Source of the DNA: an uncultured Acidobacteriota bacterium
Lineage (GTDB): Bacteria > Acidobacteriota > Thermoanaerobaculia > Multivoradales > JAHEKO01
Reading direction: 5' to 3'
Assembly: GCA_963713825.1 (NCBI GenBank)
Contig: CAVQNG010000002.1
Span: 1-51,894, forward strand
Length of the DNA stretch: 51,894 bases
The position numbers and the translations under genes are program-made. Shown piece by piece: positions 27,731 to 37,083 of this stretch. How positions within the stretch are numbered: position 1 is the first letter of the stretch; every line of letters begins with the position of its first letter. Under the pieces are notes generated by a model that did no database searches, was not told the origin of the DNA, and saw nothing but the letters and a program-made list of their open reading frames with translations.

Positions 27731-29751
27731 TCGGCCACCTTCGTCTCCGCATGCCAAAGGAAGTTCTTCTCATACCAATCGAGAAACTCTTCGTGCTCAG
27801 AGGCATCTCCCAGCGCCAACTGAGCTTTCAGCCTCTCTGTTCCTTTGAGCTGTTCCCCGAGCTCCTGGGCTGAGCGGTTGTGCTTCTTGAAGAAGTCTGG
27901 ATTCTTGGCGTCAAGTCGTCGCAAGAGTTGACGTGCCGTCAGCAACGTGAGGTATCGATTGACCAGGTCACCCTCGTCATCCGCCAGGACCTTGTCGATT
28001 AGATTCGGTAGCGAGTCGTATTTATTGCCAAAGAGCCGGTAGACAGCTTCTCGCTCGACACCTTGATCAAGTGCCTCTTCGACCCTTTTCTCGAGGCTGG
28101 CGAATGCATGAAAGATCCCGGCAAATCGATCAAACATGCTGTCTGGCCTGTCGTCGATGTCTGTGGGCACTGTAACCAGTCCCTGCTCTGCCAGGAACCG
28201 GACAGCCTTTTCCTCCAGGAACCTCTGCTTTTGCTCCGGTGACAGGAGAGACCAGAAGCGCAGGATCTCCTCAGGGGTCAGGCTGAGCAGCAGGGATGGC
28301 TTCTTGGCCATCCCCTCTTCACGGACGAGAACCGTGGCGGCTGGATGTCCCCCGACAATGACCTCGACAAAGGAGGTGCTCTTCAGGGCATGAGCGAGCC
28401 GGGCGCCGATGTCACTGGAAAGTTCAGTCCAACAATCTTGAGAGACAGGGGAAATCTGCCCTAGCTTGACTCCGGCAGAGGACAGCTCGAAGAACTCCGG
28501 TGGATCCGACTCCCAGAAGTAGCGAGCTGTTTCCGTCTGCCAGTCGTAAAGGACGGTAACGGGTGGCACCCAGACTTCTTCCGGCTCCTCCTGGTTGGCC
28601 GTCTGCTCGAACTCCGAGATCGTCTCTTTGTCCAGGAGGTCGAGCCAGAACCGGAAGCTGATGCTGCTGGGATCTGTTTCGGTGATGAATGCAGTCTCGA
28701 GATTGCCCGAAGCCGCTCGCCCGTGGGCTGCGCGAGTCAGGTTGGCTGAACCCGCGACCAAAAACTCTTTCCCTTCACTCTTCGACCAGAGGCGGTAGAC
28801 CTTGGCGTGAACGAAGCGATTGGCTTCATTCTCGGCGCCACTTTCGGAGCGTTGAAGCACGGACCTCGGAAGAGTTGACCAGCCAGCGGAAGGCAGTTCG
28901 GAGACCGCATCGAAGTAGGCCCCGCTGCAGAGGGCTGTTCCATCGTCCTCCCGCGGCAGGAAGATCCGCGTCTCCTTGGGCCCGAGAGCCTCAATAAGCT
29001 CCACCAAAGTGCCGGCTTCCTCGGTACCATCGAAGAATGGCGAGATGACCTCTAGGTTGTAGGTCTCCGAAGGAAGCTTCAATTCGTGAGATAGGAACTC
29101 TGGCAAGGTTTGCTGACCGTAGAACAGCCGCGGATGGAGCATCTTGTTAATTGTGCGATAGGGCAGATCACTGGTCCGATACACAACAAACCTTCGAACC
29201 TGTTCGAGGGCCTGGTGGTCATGGTCAGTCCCTTCGTCCTTCCGAATCCATCCGAAAAAGTCGAGTAGGTCCGAGTGGAATCGGCATTGCTCCCCGGCAT
29301 GGACCTCTTCGAACTGGGCACACTCGACGTTCTCCCACCAGCCGGACCGGGTGAGGTTGGCCGAGAAGACCCCTACCAGCAGGCTCTCCCAGAGTTCTTC
29401 CTCACTTTTGTTTTCGACCAGGATCAATGCGATCTTGGGATGAAAGTAGCCTTTGCGCTCGATCGGAATGCGGCGGAAATCGAGAGATGCGGAGCCCCCG
29501 CTAGTTTCCAGCGCTCGGCGGTCGTAGTAGACCGCCAGATGATCTATCGATCGGAGCTCATTCTCCAATTGAATCAGCCGAAGCTTGGGCACATGGGAGA
29601 AAGAGAAGTCAAAGAGAAGAGGTAGGACCTCTTCCTCGAAGAATCCAGGATCGAAGGTAAAGGTCGTGAAGACGGCAGCTTTGACTCGGCGCCCCGCGAT
29701 CGCCTCGACGAGAGCCTCGGAGAGCACGGAGGTGGGTATCGTTCCCGCCAT
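27727..29751 (-). CDS. Phospholipase D-fold (dual HKD-type) nuclease-like protein
   Basis: FHPK....SANLT and VHAK....GSANLT...NLE; TGATG overlap with the upstream gene. Confidence 0.85.
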   Translation of the reverse strand: MAGTIPTSVLSEALVEAIAGRRVKAAVFTTFTFDPGFFEEEVLPLLFDFSFSHVPKLRLIQLENELRSIDHLAVYYDRRALETSGGSASLDFRRIPIERKGYFHPKIALILVENKSEEELWESLLVGVFSANLTRSGWWENVECAQFEEVHAGEQCRFHSDLLDFFGWIRKDEGTDHDHQALEQVRRFVVYRTSDLPYRTINKMLHPRLFYGQQTLPEFLSHELKLPSETYNLEVISPFFDGTEEAGTLVELIEALGPKETRIFLPREDDGTALCSGAYFDAVSELPSAGWSTLPRSVLQRSESGAENEANRFVHAKVYRLWSKSEGKEFLVAGSANLTRAAHGRAASGNLETAFITETDPSSISFRFWLDLLDKETISEFEQTANQEEPEEVWVPPVTVLYDWQTETARYFWESDPPEFFELSSAGVKLGQISPVSQDCWTELSSDIGARLAHALKSTSFVEVIVGGHPAATVLVREEGMAKKPSLLLSLTPEEILRFWSLLSPEQKQRFLEEKAVRFLAEQGLVTVPTDIDDRPDSMFDRFAGIFHAFASLEKRVEEALDQGVEREAVYRLFGNKYDSLPNLIDKVLADDEGDLVNRYLTLLTARQLLRRLDAKNPDFFKKHNRSAQELGEQLKGTERLKAQLALGDASEHEEFLDWYEKNFLWHAETKVAE

Positions 29752-31100
29752 CAGCTGACCTTGTCCATGACCCGCGCGCCGACGGTTTTGAGGCTGTTGA
29801 GAAAGTAGGGGTTGGACCACCGATCTGGCAACTCGTCGGTAGGAACTAGCTCGCCACTTTCCTCGCGCAGACGCACGTTGAGTCGGCCCTGATCAAGACT
29901 GATCCAGGCAGCGCCCCCTCGTGCCTTCATCACGGCCCCGTTGTGTTTCAGAAGCAGGTCGACCAGCTTCTCGTAGTCCCCTGACCTCAAGACCCCTGCC
30001 ATCTGCAGGATGCGAGCTGAAGATTCACCTCCGGCTGCTTCCGAAAGTCGCGGTCCGAGCTCCCGGATTGGATCAATTTCGAGGTGCAAGAGGCCGCGAC
30101 CCCACGTTTCACGGATCTCGGTCGCGGCCTCCGAGGGCGTGCTTTGGTTTCGTCGCAAGAGAAAAGAGTAGGCGCTGGTCAGTGCCGACAACACGGGCTC
30201 GATCGAGTGAATCCTGTCGAGGGCTTCTGCCAGGTTGTTCTCTTCTTGTGCTCTCGCCCGTTTCACTGCTTCTGTGAGCTCCAGGAACCCAAAGGGCTCA
30301 GTCCACTCGAAGTTCCCTGAGTCATTGAGGGCCTCGAGAATCTTCCACATTGCCTCTTGGCGGCCGTTGGTGTGGTTCTGCCCCTCTCCGCGGCCGAGGA
30401 CCAGGCACGTGGGAAACAGCTCTAGTTCGGCGGTTGTGAGCTCGGGCCGATGCAGTTCAGCCAAAGCTGACGCCAGCCTCTTATGGCTGCTTCTCGGATA
30501 GAAGGTGGTCTCTTCCCGTTGCAGGAATCGAAGAATCTCCTTCCCAGACCGATTCCCGGTGTAGGACAGGGGAGGAAGATACTCGGTCTCGACAAACTTG
30601 CGCGCCAACGGAGTGAGCCTATTCTCCTGGTTTTCGACCAGTCCGCTGTGCCGGGCTGCCATCGTGTAGAGACCCCAGAGGCCATAGGTCTTCTGATTGC
30701 TGAGAATCTGATAGTCCTGCTTGGCTGAGATCGTCACACTCGGAGAGTCCGCAAGACGGCGCTTGACCCGAGTGATGCCTAGAATCCCATCCCAGTCATT
30801 CAGATCCTGCGGTCGTAGAGCCTGGCGACTGTAGGCACAGAGTTGTTCAACTTTCAGAAAAAGGTTGGCGCGATCCGATTCGTCCGCCTGGCCGGATTCG
30901 ACAAGCCGATCCGCAAAGTAGAGTCCAAGCAGCAGGGTCGTGAAGCCCCGAACTGAGGTTGTGACGGTCGTCAGATTGCCTACAACGCTGCGCCCGAACC
31001 TCTGCCAGATAGGAATCAGGCCGAGCGGGTCCCGCGAGCCCTTGATCTTGGCTCGGGGGTCAAGCTCAGTCAGGAAGAATGTCGGTCTGCCGTTTGCCAT
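29751..31100 (-). CDS. Unknown protein, N-terminus DUF6361-like
   Basis: DPLGL..IW....VGNLTTVT and YGLWGLY...SGL..RLT motifs; GGAGG RBS before ATG 31100; family call tentative. Confidence 0.75.
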   Translation of the reverse strand: MANGRPTFFLTELDPRAKIKGSRDPLGLIPIWQRFGRSVVGNLTTVTTSVRGFTTLLLGLYFADRLVESGQADESDRANLFLKVEQLCAYSRQALRPQDLNDWDGILGITRVKRRLADSPSVTISAKQDYQILSNQKTYGLWGLYTMAARHSGLVENQENRLTPLARKFVETEYLPPLSYTGNRSGKEILRFLQREETTFYPRSSHKRLASALAELHRPELTTAELELFPTCLVLGRGEGQNHTNGRQEAMWKILEALNDSGNFEWTEPFGFLELTEAVKRARAQEENNLAEALDRIHSIEPVLSALTSAYSFLLRRNQSTPSEAATEIRETWGRGLLHLEIDPIRELGPRLSEAAGGESSARILQMAGVLRSGDYEKLVDLLLKHNGAVMKARGGAAWISLDQGRLNVRLREESGELVPTDELPDRWSNPYFLNSLKTVGARVMDKVS

Positions 31101-31206
31101 CGGCCTCCGCACTCCAAATTCGCCACGAATCGATTGCACCGTAGCAAGGAACGGGCGCTACGCCGCTACCCATATGGGTGGGTTGGCCCATAAGGTTGCT
31201 GCTGAA

Positions 31207-31238
31207 AGGGTGTCGCAGGCTTTTGACAGAACCTGTCA
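31207..31238 (-). promoter_or_regulatory. TGACA-N5-TGTCA-N11-CACCCT box upstream of the 7-gene operon
   Basis: Perfect inverted repeat TGACAG-AAC-CTGTCA at 31224-31238, with a -10-like hexamer at the conserved spacing. Confidence 0.55.
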
Positions 31239-31322
31239 GTGATTCAGGCCAGCCTGGGGGCCGCGTGGCTCACGATGCAACTTCCGGATCATTACTGTTG
31301 TGATGCTACTGTCGGGGCCGAG

Positions 31323-32753
31323 CTACTCAGCCGATTCGCCTGAGCCTCCGGAGAATACCGATGGTTCCAACTCGAGAAGCTCAACTTTCTTCCTTTTTAC
31401 CCCGATCTCACCGTCGATCAGCAGATCCAGGAGCTTTTCGCCGTCAATCAGCGTGATAGGTGCAGCCCCCGGCTCAAAGGCCGCGTGTCTAGTGCCGGCC
31501 GAGAAGTCTCCGGTCGTGATGATGGTGCCCCTGACCGCGTTCCAGCGATAAAGAGAGCCCCTCAGCGCATCAAGCACCGGTCGCTGGACATTCGACTTCT
31601 GTCGTTTGGCCTGAACGACTTCCCGGACCGAGGTGATCCCCAATTCTATGGTGCCCACCACATCGACACCCTTGTCTCCACTCCTAGCAGTGACCTCGAC
31701 ATCTTCGTAGCCCATCTCCTGCAGGAGTTGTCGCACTAGGTCCTCAAAGTCATACGGGTCCATTTCGGAAAGCAGATCCTGCAGGGTTTCTCTGAGCTGT
31801 CGTTTTTGCTCCCTCGAGAGCTTGCGGATCTGTTGCTCCACTGTGGGTTCTGGGCTGGCTGCTTCAAGATAGGTCAATCCCTCATCAGTGATTTGGTAGG
31901 ACTGACCCACTCTCTCAATGAAACCGCGCTCCTGAAGATTCTTGAGCCTTTGGTAAAGAGTAGACTTTGCGACGGAGTCACTTCGTACCTTGGTCTGATC
32001 CTCAAGAAAACCCCGCCAGGGTCCTAGTAAATCTGCCCTTTTAGCTGGGCCCAAGTCGGATACGAGCCGAAGAAGCTCCAGGACTCCCTCAAGCTCGTCT
32101 ATTCTCCTGACAGTTTCGCCTTGCGGGTGATCTAGGAAGTCTCTCCCGGTGTCAGTCAGTTCCAAGATGTCGCCGGTCTGACGCTTGAGTAGGCTGTAAT
32201 TTGTGATGAGCAGCCAAAGGCCCACCAGATGCCTTGGGTTTACTGCCCGGTCTGTTCCTTCCCACGTCTTTCGAGCCCAGGTTCTCGGTTCACCGTCGAG
32301 GCGCTCCTCGATCCATCGATCTGGATCCGTCCAGTCCATTGCGTCCTGTGGTGTTCCTGTAAGCGCTGTTATGGCACTTCTCATTCCAGCAATCGATGCA
32401 CCCGAAGCACCCTGCCAGATTGGGATGAGCAACCGAGCTTTCGAGTAGTCTGGAAAATGCGGTACCAATGATCGATGCTCGTCGATCATCTGATCGATAC
32501 GGCCCGTTTCGAGCCAACCTCGGAGGCCAAAAACGCCTGGCCTGACGCGAACGAATGTTGAGGCTGATCCCTGGCGCCGAATCACAGAGCCGATCCGTGC
32601 ATTCATGGTGGCCTCCGGGGTTTTCCCATGAGTGACCAGCCAACCGCGCTCCAGGCCTCGCTTCGTAATCTCTCTGTAGTGGAGCGGTTCGTCTGCGTCG
32701 GTGAGTACCTGCGCAGCTGCGCCAAGAAACCCGAGACCTTCTGGCTTACCCAT
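31323..32753 (-). CDS. mrr: Mrr-family type IV restriction endonuclease with N-terminal HARE-HTH and winged helices
   Basis: LHYREIT..GKTPEATM (HARE-HTH); FEDLV..GY..GDKGVD..VQAKR..LIDGEKL (Mrr catalytic domain). Confidence 0.92.
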   Translation of the reverse strand: MGKPEGLGFLGAAAQVLTDADEPLHYREITKRGLERGWLVTHGKTPEATMNARIGSVIRRQGSASTFVRVRPGVFGLRGWLETGRIDQMIDEHRSLVPHFPDYSKARLLIPIWQGASGASIAGMRSAITALTGTPQDAMDWTDPDRWIEERLDGEPRTWARKTWEGTDRAVNPRHLVGLWLLITNYSLLKRQTGDILELTDTGRDFLDHPQGETVRRIDELEGVLELLRLVSDLGPAKRADLLGPWRGFLEDQTKVRSDSVAKSTLYQRLKNLQERGFIERVGQSYQITDEGLTYLEAASPEPTVEQQIRKLSREQKRQLRETLQDLLSEMDPYDFEDLVRQLLQEMGYEDVEVTARSGDKGVDVVGTIELGITSVREVVQAKRQKSNVQRPVLDALRGSLYRWNAVRGTIITTGDFSAGTRHAAFEPGAAPITLIDGEKLLDLLIDGEIGVKRKKVELLELEPSVFSGGSGESAE

Positions 32754-32938
32754 TCATCTGCTCCCGTCACACTTCAACTGTCCACGGTGAATCTTGTACT
32801 ACGACCTCATCACGTACTTTGAGCCGTCAACCCTAAACGGGCCGAATTGGAATCTACCGAACACTCTCCGGTTTCCAGACGGTTTACTGCGTGGCCAGAT
32901 TAGATTCCGCAGGCCCCTGGGATTGGCCATCTCTTATC

Positions 32939-34045
32939 TCAATCAAGAAGCAGCTCGAGGATTCTCCCCACGTAATCATGCTCGCCCTCGGGATACCAAA
33001 GCGGGGTGATGTGACAGTCGGCGAGGCGCCGATCCATCGCTCTCTCTGCCTCCAGGTCTGCCGGGCACTCGAGGATAGCGTAATGATGCGGAAGCTGATC
33101 CCCTCCCAAGTCTTGTGCGACTTTCATGAACGTGAGGATGGTGCGATCCGTTGCCAGGCTGCAACCCAGGAAAAGGAAACTGTAGCTCACGAAAAGTCGC
33201 TTCAGAAGTGTCGGCAGCGGCGAGTCGAAATGAATGTCGCTCTCCGGCCCATAAGCTGCCTCATACTCGTCTTTGAGGAGCACGCGCTCCGCCGCGTTGT
33301 CGACGTTTCCGTGGAGTTTTAGCAGGTAGCGATCACCTGAAGGAATAGCGCGGCAGAAAGCGCTTGCGTTGCCTCTGCCGGTGACTTTCTCGATGAAGGG
33401 GACACCCTCCTGTTCGTAGACCCGCTCTAACACGCGATCGAAGTTTGTTGTGATTGCACAGCGATTGAAGAGCTTCGGCAGGAGCGTAGCAGGGCCTCCG
33501 ATTCCTTCGCGGACAGCAAAGTCCCGCTCGAAGTCCCGCTCAAATCTAGCGACGCCAAGATGCTCAAGAATGTCGTTGATGGCCCCCTCGTAGTCTCCGG
33601 TTGTGCGGAGTCGCTCTTCCATCGCTCCTAGATCGAGGCCCGCCTCAACACAAAGCCGGAGGACATACTCGGTCCAGCTCGGCAGTTCAGCGGAGACCGA
33701 CATTCCCGCGCCGACAAACGGGATCACGAAGCCCCTTGTTACCGCCTGCTTGAGTTCGTCGAAGGCTTGGGCGTTGCGGCCAAACTGATTGGCACAGAGA
33801 ATATCGGCCTTCGTCTCCAAGTCGAATCGCCTTGCCTCCTGATCGTATAGATTGCGGTCGCCGAAATAGAACGCGCGACTCGGTTTCGCTAGAGGAATCT
33901 CGTCCTCACCTCGTTTGCAGAAGACCTGAATTTCTTCGTTCTCGCCATCGTCAATGATCTCGTCGAACCGACGGTTCTTCCCGATTCCCGCAAGTTCGTC
34001 CAGGCTGGCTTGGTGCTCAAAGCTAGGTTGTCGGTCGCTGGCCAT
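32939..34045 (-). CDS. SIR2-like domain protein (defence-associated NADase type)
   Basis: PFVGAGMS, LPSW, ITTNFD, KLHG, FLFLGCSL motifs; ~70-aa unknown N-terminal extension. Confidence 0.9.
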   Translation of the reverse strand: MASDRQPSFEHQASLDELAGIGKNRRFDEIIDDGENEEIQVFCKRGEDEIPLAKPSRAFYFGDRNLYDQEARRFDLETKADILCANQFGRNAQAFDELKQAVTRGFVIPFVGAGMSVSAELPSWTEYVLRLCVEAGLDLGAMEERLRTTGDYEGAINDILEHLGVARFERDFERDFAVREGIGGPATLLPKLFNRCAITTNFDRVLERVYEQEGVPFIEKVTGRGNASAFCRAIPSGDRYLLKLHGNVDNAAERVLLKDEYEAAYGPESDIHFDSPLPTLLKRLFVSYSFLFLGCSLATDRTILTFMKVAQDLGGDQLPHHYAILECPADLEAERAMDRRLADCHITPLWYPEGEHDYVGRILELLLD

Positions 34046-34054
34046 AATGAACTC

Positions 34055-35608
34055 CTAAGCCTCCAGCTCTGCCACAACGGCCTCTAGAAGCCGGGAGCCG
34101 GTGTCACGCGAGTCGCATATCTGCGTTTCCAGCCGGCCAACCAAGTCCATCAGTTGCTCCACTCTCGAGATCGTCTCCCGTTGCGCCGCGAGCGATGGCG
34201 CCGGGACCTGAAAGTCCTGAATCATGCTCTTGGTCAGCGCCTGGCGAGTTGCCCCCACCTGGATCCCCTCGATCAGCGATTGAGTTACGGGGCTCGCAAG
34301 AAAGATCGACAAGAACGGCGGCAGAAGGGCCGCTTTGGGTCGAATTATCGCCACGTGCTGATTGACGCGAGCGCCCGCCATCGAGTCAGGAGCAACTGTG
34401 ACTCGACCAATTGATGCCCCGGTGATATTCAGCAGCACGTCCCCGGGCTCCACGGTGGCATTCTTGAGCTTCGAGGCTTGCTCCTCATTGAGGTAAACCA
34501 GACCTGAGTAGTCGAATCCCTGAAAATAGACATTCATGGAACGGATCAGTGGGATCCCGTCGTCATGGTATGCCTCTCGCCCTCCCTTGGGAGTCGCTCC
34601 GCTGCCGATCTTCGTCGTCACGTTCTCTAGTTTTTCCGCTTCCCATACTTCGCTTGGAGAAGCCAGCTTTCCCATCGCGGCCAGTGCGAGGATCGAGGCT
34701 CGCAGATCGCTGGCCGGGATAGAGTACGACTCGTGGAAAAGGAACTTGAGGTTTGCTGGACTGGGGGCATCAGCGAAGCGGGCCAGCGACGCGCGGGCGA
34801 GCGCGGCGTGCTGCGTCTCTCGCTCCTGCTGCTGCGCCTCCAGTCGATCACACAACGCCATCAACTCATCCACCTTCGCCACGATTCGCTTCTGTTCAGC
34901 GAGGGGGGGAAGGGGAAACGGCTTGAGTGCAAAGTACCATGCCGGTATCCGCTTTTGGCCCGCAGACCCGGTCATTACTGGCACCCCGTCTGAGAGGAAT
35001 CGAGGCGACTTCAAGAATATCCACACATACTCGGCAAGGACTGCCTGACCCAGCGGGCGCGCTACATGGAGCTCGGTGGTGCCAGCGCCGATCGAATTCT
35101 CAAGACCAGAGAGAATTGCTGACTTCCCATTCTGGAAGCATGGTGTGATCTTCGCTAGCACCACGTCGCCATTAGCAAAGTGCGTAAACTGCCTCCTAAT
35201 ATCTCCCCAAGCTCGAGTTTCTCCAACGATATCCCCTCCATATGTCTGCGGGATACCAGACATTGGAATAAATGTGGCGGGAGTGTCATCGCTGGCGTCG
35301 TTACGAGGGTTGATCAACGAGATCTCGGCCAGAGTAGTCCATTCCCAAGGCAGCGGAAGTGGCGCCTCGGCGGGAAATTCTGACCCAGCTCGAATGCCTC
35401 GAGGGCGCTTGATTCGGCCTTCGTCAATCAATTCCTCTCGTTCGCCCTTCGCGTCCTCAATAAGTGTTGATGCAGGTTCGTCGTGGGGGTCTTGCGGAAC
35501 CAGGTTTCCGCAAACTGCCTCCTGCAGTACCAGTTCCCGCATCTTGTCTACTGCATTGGGAGCATCTGCGAGCAGATCAAACTTCTCGACGAAAGAGTCT
35601 GGCGTCAT
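34055..35608 (-). CDS. hsdS: Type I restriction-modification specificity subunit
   Basis: Two TRDs with PLPPLAEQKRIVAKVDELMALCDRLE and PSLAAQRET conserved regions; coupled to hsdM. Confidence 0.95.
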   Translation of the reverse strand: MTPDSFVEKFDLLADAPNAVDKMRELVLQEAVCGNLVPQDPHDEPASTLIEDAKGEREELIDEGRIKRPRGIRAGSEFPAEAPLPLPWEWTTLAEISLINPRNDASDDTPATFIPMSGIPQTYGGDIVGETRAWGDIRRQFTHFANGDVVLAKITPCFQNGKSAILSGLENSIGAGTTELHVARPLGQAVLAEYVWIFLKSPRFLSDGVPVMTGSAGQKRIPAWYFALKPFPLPPLAEQKRIVAKVDELMALCDRLEAQQQERETQHAALARASLARFADAPSPANLKFLFHESYSIPASDLRASILALAAMGKLASPSEVWEAEKLENVTTKIGSGATPKGGREAYHDDGIPLIRSMNVYFQGFDYSGLVYLNEEQASKLKNATVEPGDVLLNITGASIGRVTVAPDSMAGARVNQHVAIIRPKAALLPPFLSIFLASPVTQSLIEGIQVGATRQALTKSMIQDFQVPAPSLAAQRETISRVEQLMDLVGRLETQICDSRDTGSRLLEAVVAELEA

Positions 35609-37080
35609 TTCTCTATCCGGTCGGTCGCGGTCAGGGCGTCGTGTAGTTGCTTCTTTAGCAGGGCACGAGTTTCTGCAATCTGAGCTAGTAACGCTTCGTA
35701 CTCTGGCAGGAGATCGTCGACATTCCCCGGCCCTCTATCCGCGCGATGCGGATTCTTAAGGTCGAGATTGAAGTTGCCTGCCTTGATCTCATCGATGGGG
35801 ACTCGCCACGCTTGCTCGCTCTCTGCCCGGGTGGCGAAGCCATCTTTCTCCGAACCCCACCAATTGCGCTCGGCCTCGAACTCCTCTATGCGAATGGGTT
35901 TAGTCTTGCTGTAGCTCTTGGCACCGGGCGGATACGGGTGCTCGTAGTACCAAACGGCAGTGGTGGGCTGGTCTTTGGTGAAGAAGAGGAGGTTTGTGCG
36001 AATGCCAGTGTAAGGACTGAAGACACCATTCGGCAGGCGAACGATAGTGTGAAGGTTGCAGTCGGCTAGCAGCGATTGCTTGATGCGCGTCTTCACGCCC
36101 TCTCCGAAAAGTGTGCCGTCGGGCAACACGAGTCCCGCCCGGCCTCCGGGCTTCAGAAGCCGCATGATTAGTACGAGGAAGAGATCAGCGGTTTCTCGCG
36201 TCCTGTAATCGGACGGGAAGTTCGACTCGATCCCGTCCTCCTCCATCCCACCAAAGGGCGGGTTAGTGACGATAATGTCTACGCGCTCCTTCGGCGTCCA
36301 GTCGCGCAGCGGCCGAGCCAGCGTGTTTTGGTGCGTCACGTTGCTGGGAACGTTGATCCCGTGCAACAAAAGGTTGGTCATGCACAAGATATGCGGCAGG
36401 TGCTTCTTTTCGATGCCACTGAAGCAATCCTGAATGGTTCGCTCGTGGGCCGCGATCTTCGCCTGCTTGCGCAGGTGCTCAATGGCGCAGATGAGGAAGC
36501 CCCCGGTCCCGCAGGCCGGATCGAGGATGCTTTCGCCGAGGCGGGGATTGACCTGTTCGACGATGAATTGAGTAACAGCGCGCGGGGTGTAGAACTCACC
36601 GGCGTTGCCCGCGGATTGGAGGTCCTTCAGCAGTTTCTCGTAGATGTCACCAAATGTATGACGATCATCGGAAGCGTTGAAGTCAATGCCGTTAATCTTG
36701 TTGATCACTTGGCGCATCAACGTGCCGTTCTTCATGTAGTTGTTGGCGTCTTCGAAGGTTGTCCGAATGAGGTTGGCGATGTCGTCACCACCGCCAGTCA
36801 GGGTCTTGAGTTTTGGCAGTAGAGTATTGTCGACGAAGTCGAGCAATTCGTCGCCGGTGATGCCCTCTTCGTTTGCTGCCCAACTGGACCAGCGTAGGGG
36901 TTCCGCAAGAGGTGATCTGTAGTCGTCCTTAAGGACTCTCTGCTCCTCCTCGTTATCATCGAAGATCTTCAGGAAGAACATCCAACCGAGCTGCTCGAGC
37001 CGCTGCGCATCGCCGTACGTGCCGGCATCCTTTCGCATGATGTCCTGGATGGCTTTGACAATTCCTGAAACGTTGGACAT
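35605..37080 (-). CDS. hsdM: Type I restriction-modification N6-adenine methyltransferase
   Basis: GEFYTPR, DPACGTGGF, NPPFGG. Confidence 0.97.
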   Translation of the reverse strand: MSNVSGIVKAIQDIMRKDAGTYGDAQRLEQLGWMFFLKIFDDNEEEQRVLKDDYRSPLAEPLRWSSWAANEEGITGDELLDFVDNTLLPKLKTLTGGGDDIANLIRTTFEDANNYMKNGTLMRQVINKINGIDFNASDDRHTFGDIYEKLLKDLQSAGNAGEFYTPRAVTQFIVEQVNPRLGESILDPACGTGGFLICAIEHLRKQAKIAAHERTIQDCFSGIEKKHLPHILCMTNLLLHGINVPSNVTHQNTLARPLRDWTPKERVDIIVTNPPFGGMEEDGIESNFPSDYRTRETADLFLVLIMRLLKPGGRAGLVLPDGTLFGEGVKTRIKQSLLADCNLHTIVRLPNGVFSPYTGIRTNLLFFTKDQPTTAVWYYEHPYPPGAKSYSKTKPIRIEEFEAERNWWGSEKDGFATRAESEQAWRVPIDEIKAGNFNLDLKNPHRADRGPGNVDDLLPEYEALLAQIAETRALLKKQLHDALTATDRIEK

Positions 37081-37083
37081 CGC

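Noticed and set aside
24152-31100. Calling the PLD + SNF2 genes DISARM or BREX
   Set aside because: No DrmA/DrmB (DUF1998), cognate methylase, PglZ or BrxC recognisable in this operon.
32772-32787. CTTCAACTGTCCACGG upstream of mrr resembles the end of the 219-bp repeat
   Set aside because: Only one degenerate half-site and no -10 at the conserved spacing; may be chance.
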